Shown here one piece after another: positions 60,387 to 64,000 of a stretch of DNA of 64,000 nt. The DNA is from Patescibacteria group bacterium (GTDB lineage Bacteria; Patescibacteriota; Patescibacteriia; CAIXNZ01). Location of the stretch: contig JBAZJU010000001.1 in assembly GCA_041651155.1 (NCBI GenBank), positions 91,932-155,931 on the forward strand, written 5' to 3'. A model generated the notes under the pieces. The model worked only from the letters and a program-made list of their open reading frames with translations, was not told where the DNA came from and made no database searches. How positions within the stretch are numbered: the stretch's first letter is position 1; each line of letters opens with the position of its first letter. Position numbers and translations under genes: made by a program.

Positions 60387-61424
60387 ATGGCAAAAGCCAA
60401 AGCTTTATTTGAGAAAAAAAATATTTTAGTACTAGGGGGCGCTGGATTTATTGGCTCACATTTGTGCGATAAATTAGTGCAAAAGAGCAAGGTCATCTGC
60501 TTTGATAATTTTATTTCCGGACAAAGGGAAAATATTGACCATCTTCTGCAAAATGAAAATTTTATTTTTATTAATGATGATATTAATAATCTGACTGATT
60601 TAGAAAAATACAAAGAACTAGAGCGCTTCCAAGTAAAATTTCAGGGCATCCAGGAAATTTATAATTTAGCCTGTCCGACCTCGCCTAAAGATTTTACCAA
60701 GCAGACTGTTTACACTGCCCAGACAAACAGTCTGGGCACAATCCGCGCCTTGGATTTAGCTGTTAAATATAAAGCCAAACTGCTTCATTTCTCATCTTCA
60801 GTGGTTTATGGACCGCGCGGGGGTGAAGATCCTGTGATGAAAGAAAATGTTTATTATCCGCTAAGCCCTTTAACTCCCAGAGGGTGTTATGATGAAGGCA
60901 AGAGATTTGCTGAAACTTTGGTTTATACTTATCGTCAGTTTTATAATATAGATGCCAAAATTTTAAGAATTTTTACCACCTATGGTCCGCGCATGCCGCT
61001 TTTTGTCGGCCACATGATCCCGGATTTTATTGTCGCGGCTTTAGATAATCAACCGCTGATTATTTATGGCGATGAAAATTTTACCACCACCCTTTGTTAC
61101 ATAACAGATGTAATTGACGCTTGCTTTAAAATTATGGCCTCAACCGAGTCTGGCCCGTTTAATATCGGTAACCCAGAAGAATATAAAATTTCAGAGGTTG
61201 CCCAAAAAATATTAAAAATGACTGATTCGGAAGCGGAAATTCATTATGCCGAACCTCTTCTTTTTATGTCGCGTTTAGGTTTGCCAGATATCAGCCTGGC
61301 CAGAGAAAAATTACAGTGGTTTCCGATTACTTTATTAGAGAAAGGCTTGGAGGAAACAGTGGAATATAGCAAAGCCAATAAGGTGATAATTGATTGGAGC
61401 AAAGTTGAAGAAATTAAGGATTAG
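60387..61424 (+). CDS. UDP-glucuronate decarboxylase-like NAD-dependent SDR
   Basis: GGAGFIGSHL, LACPTSP, CYDEGKR, YGPRM. Confidence 0.9.
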   Translation: MAKAKALFEKKNILVLGGAGFIGSHLCDKLVQKSKVICFDNFISGQRENIDHLLQNENFIFINDDINNLTDLEKYKELERFQVKFQGIQEIYNLACPTSPKDFTKQTVYTAQTNSLGTIRALDLAVKYKAKLLHFSSSVVYGPRGGEDPVMKENVYYPLSPLTPRGCYDEGKRFAETLVYTYRQFYNIDAKILRIFTTYGPRMPLFVGHMIPDFIVAALDNQPLIIYGDENFTTTLCYITDVIDACFKIMASTESGPFNIGNPEEYKISEVAQKILKMTDSEAEIHYAEPLLFMSRLGLPDISLAREKLQWFPITLLEKGLEETVEYSKANKVIIDWSKVEEIKD

Positions 61425-61492
61425 GATTAAATATTATGCATTAAGTAGAATATTTAAAAGGGTAGAGGGTTGGCTCTATCCTTTTGTGAAGT

Positions 61493-62539
61493 ATGAAAAA
61501 AGTAGCAATCATTATTGTAAATTATAACGGTTTAGAATACTTATCAGCTTGTTTGACGAGTTTATTGAGTTTGGATTATCCAAAAGAAGATTATAAAGTT
61601 TTTTTTGTTGATAATGCCTCAATAGACAGTTCGGTTGATTTTGTTAGAAATAATTTTCCGCAGGCTGAAATTATTATTAATAATGAAAATTTAGGTTTTG
61701 CCGAAGGTAATAATATTGCCATAAAAAAGGCTCTGGCTGAAAACTTTGACTTTGTTCTTTTGATTAATCAGGATACGATTTCTGAACCTGATTTTTTAAA
61801 AAAGTTAGTTGAAGAAACAGCCAAGGCAGAAGATATTGGAGCGGTTCAGCCGCGCATCATGTTGTATCCCGAAAAAGATAAGGTTAATTCTTTGGGTAAT
61901 TCAATCCATTATTTAGGTTTTGGTTTTTCCAGCGGCGGTTATCAGAAATTTGCCGGCAATTTAGAGCTAAAAGAAATCGCCTATGCCAGCGGAGCCGCGG
62001 TTTTAATTAAAACAAATGTGCTGAAAAAAATCGGGCTTTTTGACCCTGATTTTTTTATGTACCATGAAGATTTAGATTTGGGCTGGCGCATGCGCTTGGC
62101 AGGATATAAAATTTTAGTGGTGCCTCAAGCTGTTATTTATCATAAATATGAATTTAGCAAAAGCATAAAGAAGTATTATTTTATGGAACGCAATCGCTTT
62201 ATTTGCCTTTTGGAAAATTATAAGCCGGGAACTTTGATTTTAATTTTTCCTGCCTGGCTGGCAATGGAAATCGGTTTGTTTTTGTTTTCACTTAAGTCAG
62301 GGTTTTGGAAAGAGAAATTGAGGGCTTATGGGTATTTTTTTAAATTTTCTGCGTGGCAGAAAATTGGAAGGGTAAGAAGGGAAAGAAGGGTAAAAAGGGT
62401 AAAAGGGGATAAGGAAATTGTGGAATTATTTACAGGCAAGATTGAATTTCAGGAATTAGATAGCTGGCTTTTAAATAAAGTTGTAAATCCCATCTTTAAT
62501 TTGTATTGGCAAGTAATTAAAAGTTTGATAATTTGGTAG
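61493..62539 (+). CDS. glycosyltransferase family 2
   Basis: VDNAS, NLGFAEGNN, FMYHEDLDLGWR. Confidence 0.93.
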   Translation: MKKVAIIIVNYNGLEYLSACLTSLLSLDYPKEDYKVFFVDNASIDSSVDFVRNNFPQAEIIINNENLGFAEGNNIAIKKALAENFDFVLLINQDTISEPDFLKKLVEETAKAEDIGAVQPRIMLYPEKDKVNSLGNSIHYLGFGFSSGGYQKFAGNLELKEIAYASGAAVLIKTNVLKKIGLFDPDFFMYHEDLDLGWRMRLAGYKILVVPQAVIYHKYEFSKSIKKYYFMERNRFICLLENYKPGTLILIFPAWLAMEIGLFLFSLKSGFWKEKLRAYGYFFKFSAWQKIGRVRRERRVKRVKGDKEIVELFTGKIEFQELDSWLLNKVVNPIFNLYWQVIKSLIIW

Positions 62540-63063
62540 TAGATACAAATTTACAAATTAACTATAAATTATTACAAATATTCAGAAACCAATTCGTAGT
62601 TATATGTATCTGATTTGTAGATTTGTAACAATAAAAAAATCGCCAATCCAGTTTTTAACTTGTATTGGCGAGTGGTGAAGCTTTTTATTTTTTGGTAATT
62701 TTTTCTCCAGGTGAATTGCAGTCCCAGGAAAAATTGCATTCTGTGCAGGTAACTGCAACTTTATTAGGAATTTTAATAGCAGCCGGTTTCCCGCATTTTA
62801 GGCAAATATTTGTTTCTCCTGTCATAACATGGGCTGCCCAAATTTGAACATCCTTATCTGATGGATTCTTGTCCGCCATTTAAACCTCCTTGATTTTTGT
62901 TTCAGCTTAACAATTTTATGTATGAAAGTCAAGGGTTGGCAAGTAATTAAAAGTTTGATAATTTGGTAGTAGATACAAATTTACAAATTAACTACAAATT
63001 ATTACAAATATTCAGAAACCAATTCGTAGTTATATGTATCTGATTTGTATATTTGTAACAATA
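62506..63063 (+). repeat. 128-bp direct repeat (62506-62633 and 62936-63063) flanking a 302-bp insert
   Basis: the two copies differ at 2 positions by manual alignment. Confidence 0.93.
62685..62879 (-). CDS. small zinc-ribbon protein
   Basis: CLKC...CTEC; AAGGAGG SD; TTGACT-17-TAAGCT promoter. Confidence 0.75.
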   Translation of the reverse strand: MADKNPSDKDVQIWAAHVMTGETNICLKCGKPAAIKIPNKVAVTCTECNFSWDCNSPGEKITKK

Positions 63064-64000
63064 TGAAAATAGCCCAAGTCGTCTGCAGATTTAAACCATA
63101 CAAAGGCGGCATCAGCAATGTAGCTTATGACCAGTCTTTGGGTTTAGCTAAATTAGGACATGAAGTTACGGTTTTTACTCCTTTATATAATGTTAAAGAT
63201 AATAATTTTACTGCGCCTGAATTTAAAATAACACGATTAATCCCCTGGGGAAAAATTGGCAATGGCGCGTTTTTGCCTCAGCTTTTTTGGCAATTGAAAA
63301 ATTTTGACATTGTTCATTTGCATTACCCATTTTTTGGCGGGGCTGAAATTGTCTGGCTCTTAAAGCTGGTTAAAGGTGCAAAAATGAAATTAGTAATTAA
63401 TTATCAGATGGATGTAATTGGCGGCATATTCATGAAACCTTTTTTTAAATTCCACACCAGATTTATTATGCCGCACATTATTAAAGCAGCTGATAAAGTC
63501 ATTGTCTCTTCCATGGATTATGCGCAAAATTCAAATATAAAAGAGCAAGTTGAGAAGAATCCCGCAAAATTTATTGAATTGCCGCCAAGTGTTGATTTGG
63601 AAAGATTTATTCCAGCGCCAAAAACCAAAGATCTTTTGTATAAATATGGTATTCACCCGGAATTTGACCGCATTTTGCTTTTTGTCGGCGCATTAGATAA
63701 AGCCCACTATTTTAAAGGCATTGATTTTTTAATCAATTCATTTAATGTTTTAGATTATTCTGGCAGCCAAGATGCAATCTATAGGATTAAACTTTTAATT
63801 GTTGGCGAGGGCAATTTAAAGCCAAAATATCAAGAAGAGGTCGCTAAAGCAGGAGAGCAAGGTAAAATTATTTTTGCTGATCCAGTTTCAGATTTAGATC
63901 TGCCCAAGTATTATAATTTGGCAGATGTAGTAATCTTACCTTCTATTGACCGTTCAGAAGCATTTGGCATAACCTTGATTGAAGCCATGGCTTGCGCCAA
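63063..64000 (+). CDS. glycosyltransferase family 4 (runs off the window)
   Basis: own translation: MKIAQVVCRFKPYKGGI...SEAFGITLIEAMAC. Confidence 0.9.
   Translation, partial: MKIAQVVCRFKPYKGGISNVAYDQSLGLAKLGHEVTVFTPLYNVKDNNFTAPEFKITRLIPWGKIGNGAFLPQLFWQLKNFDIVHLHYPFFGGAEIVWLLKLVKGAKMKLVINYQMDVIGGIFMKPFFKFHTRFIMPHIIKAADKVIVSSMDYAQNSNIKEQVEKNPAKFIELPPSVDLERFIPAPKTKDLLYKYGIHPEFDRILLFVGALDKAHYFKGIDFLINSFNVLDYSGSQDAIYRIKLLIVGEGNLKPKYQEEVAKAGEQGKIIFADPVSDLDLPKYYNLADVVILPSIDRSEAFGITLIEAMACA

Overview
AT-rich chromosomal segment. It most likely comes from a Patescibacteria/CPR (Parcubacteria-like) bacterium; this is an inference from gene content, the SD-less A/T-rich starts of most host genes and the surface-protein families. 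It carries central-carbon genes (pyk, ppsA, pgi), lgt, infC-rpmI-rplT, smpB-ssrA(tmRNA), tRNA-Asp, two surface-glycan clusters, an ECF sigma/anti-sigma pair and a 2383-aa tail-fibre-like adhesin. It also has an S-layer-like gene with a ~300-nt structured leader and four more proteins sharing one ~130-aa surface domain, plus a toxin-antitoxin/RAYT array. The most unusual signals lie outside the annotated genes. (1) Small four-helix-bundle/GxxExxY genes are bracketed by periodic (7-10 nt) degenerate inverted repeats, with 'empty' copies and a remnant. (2) A 33-bp exact copy of tmRNA sequence replaces the catalytic core of a hicA toxin 23 kb away. (3) There are self-contained promoter-SD-ORF-terminator cassettes, one flanked by a 128-bp direct duplication. 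(4) A 6S-like RNA candidate lies upstream of smpB. (5) REP-like palindromes are nested in each other and inserted in frame in genes. No CRISPR array, rRNA or reverse transcriptase was seen.
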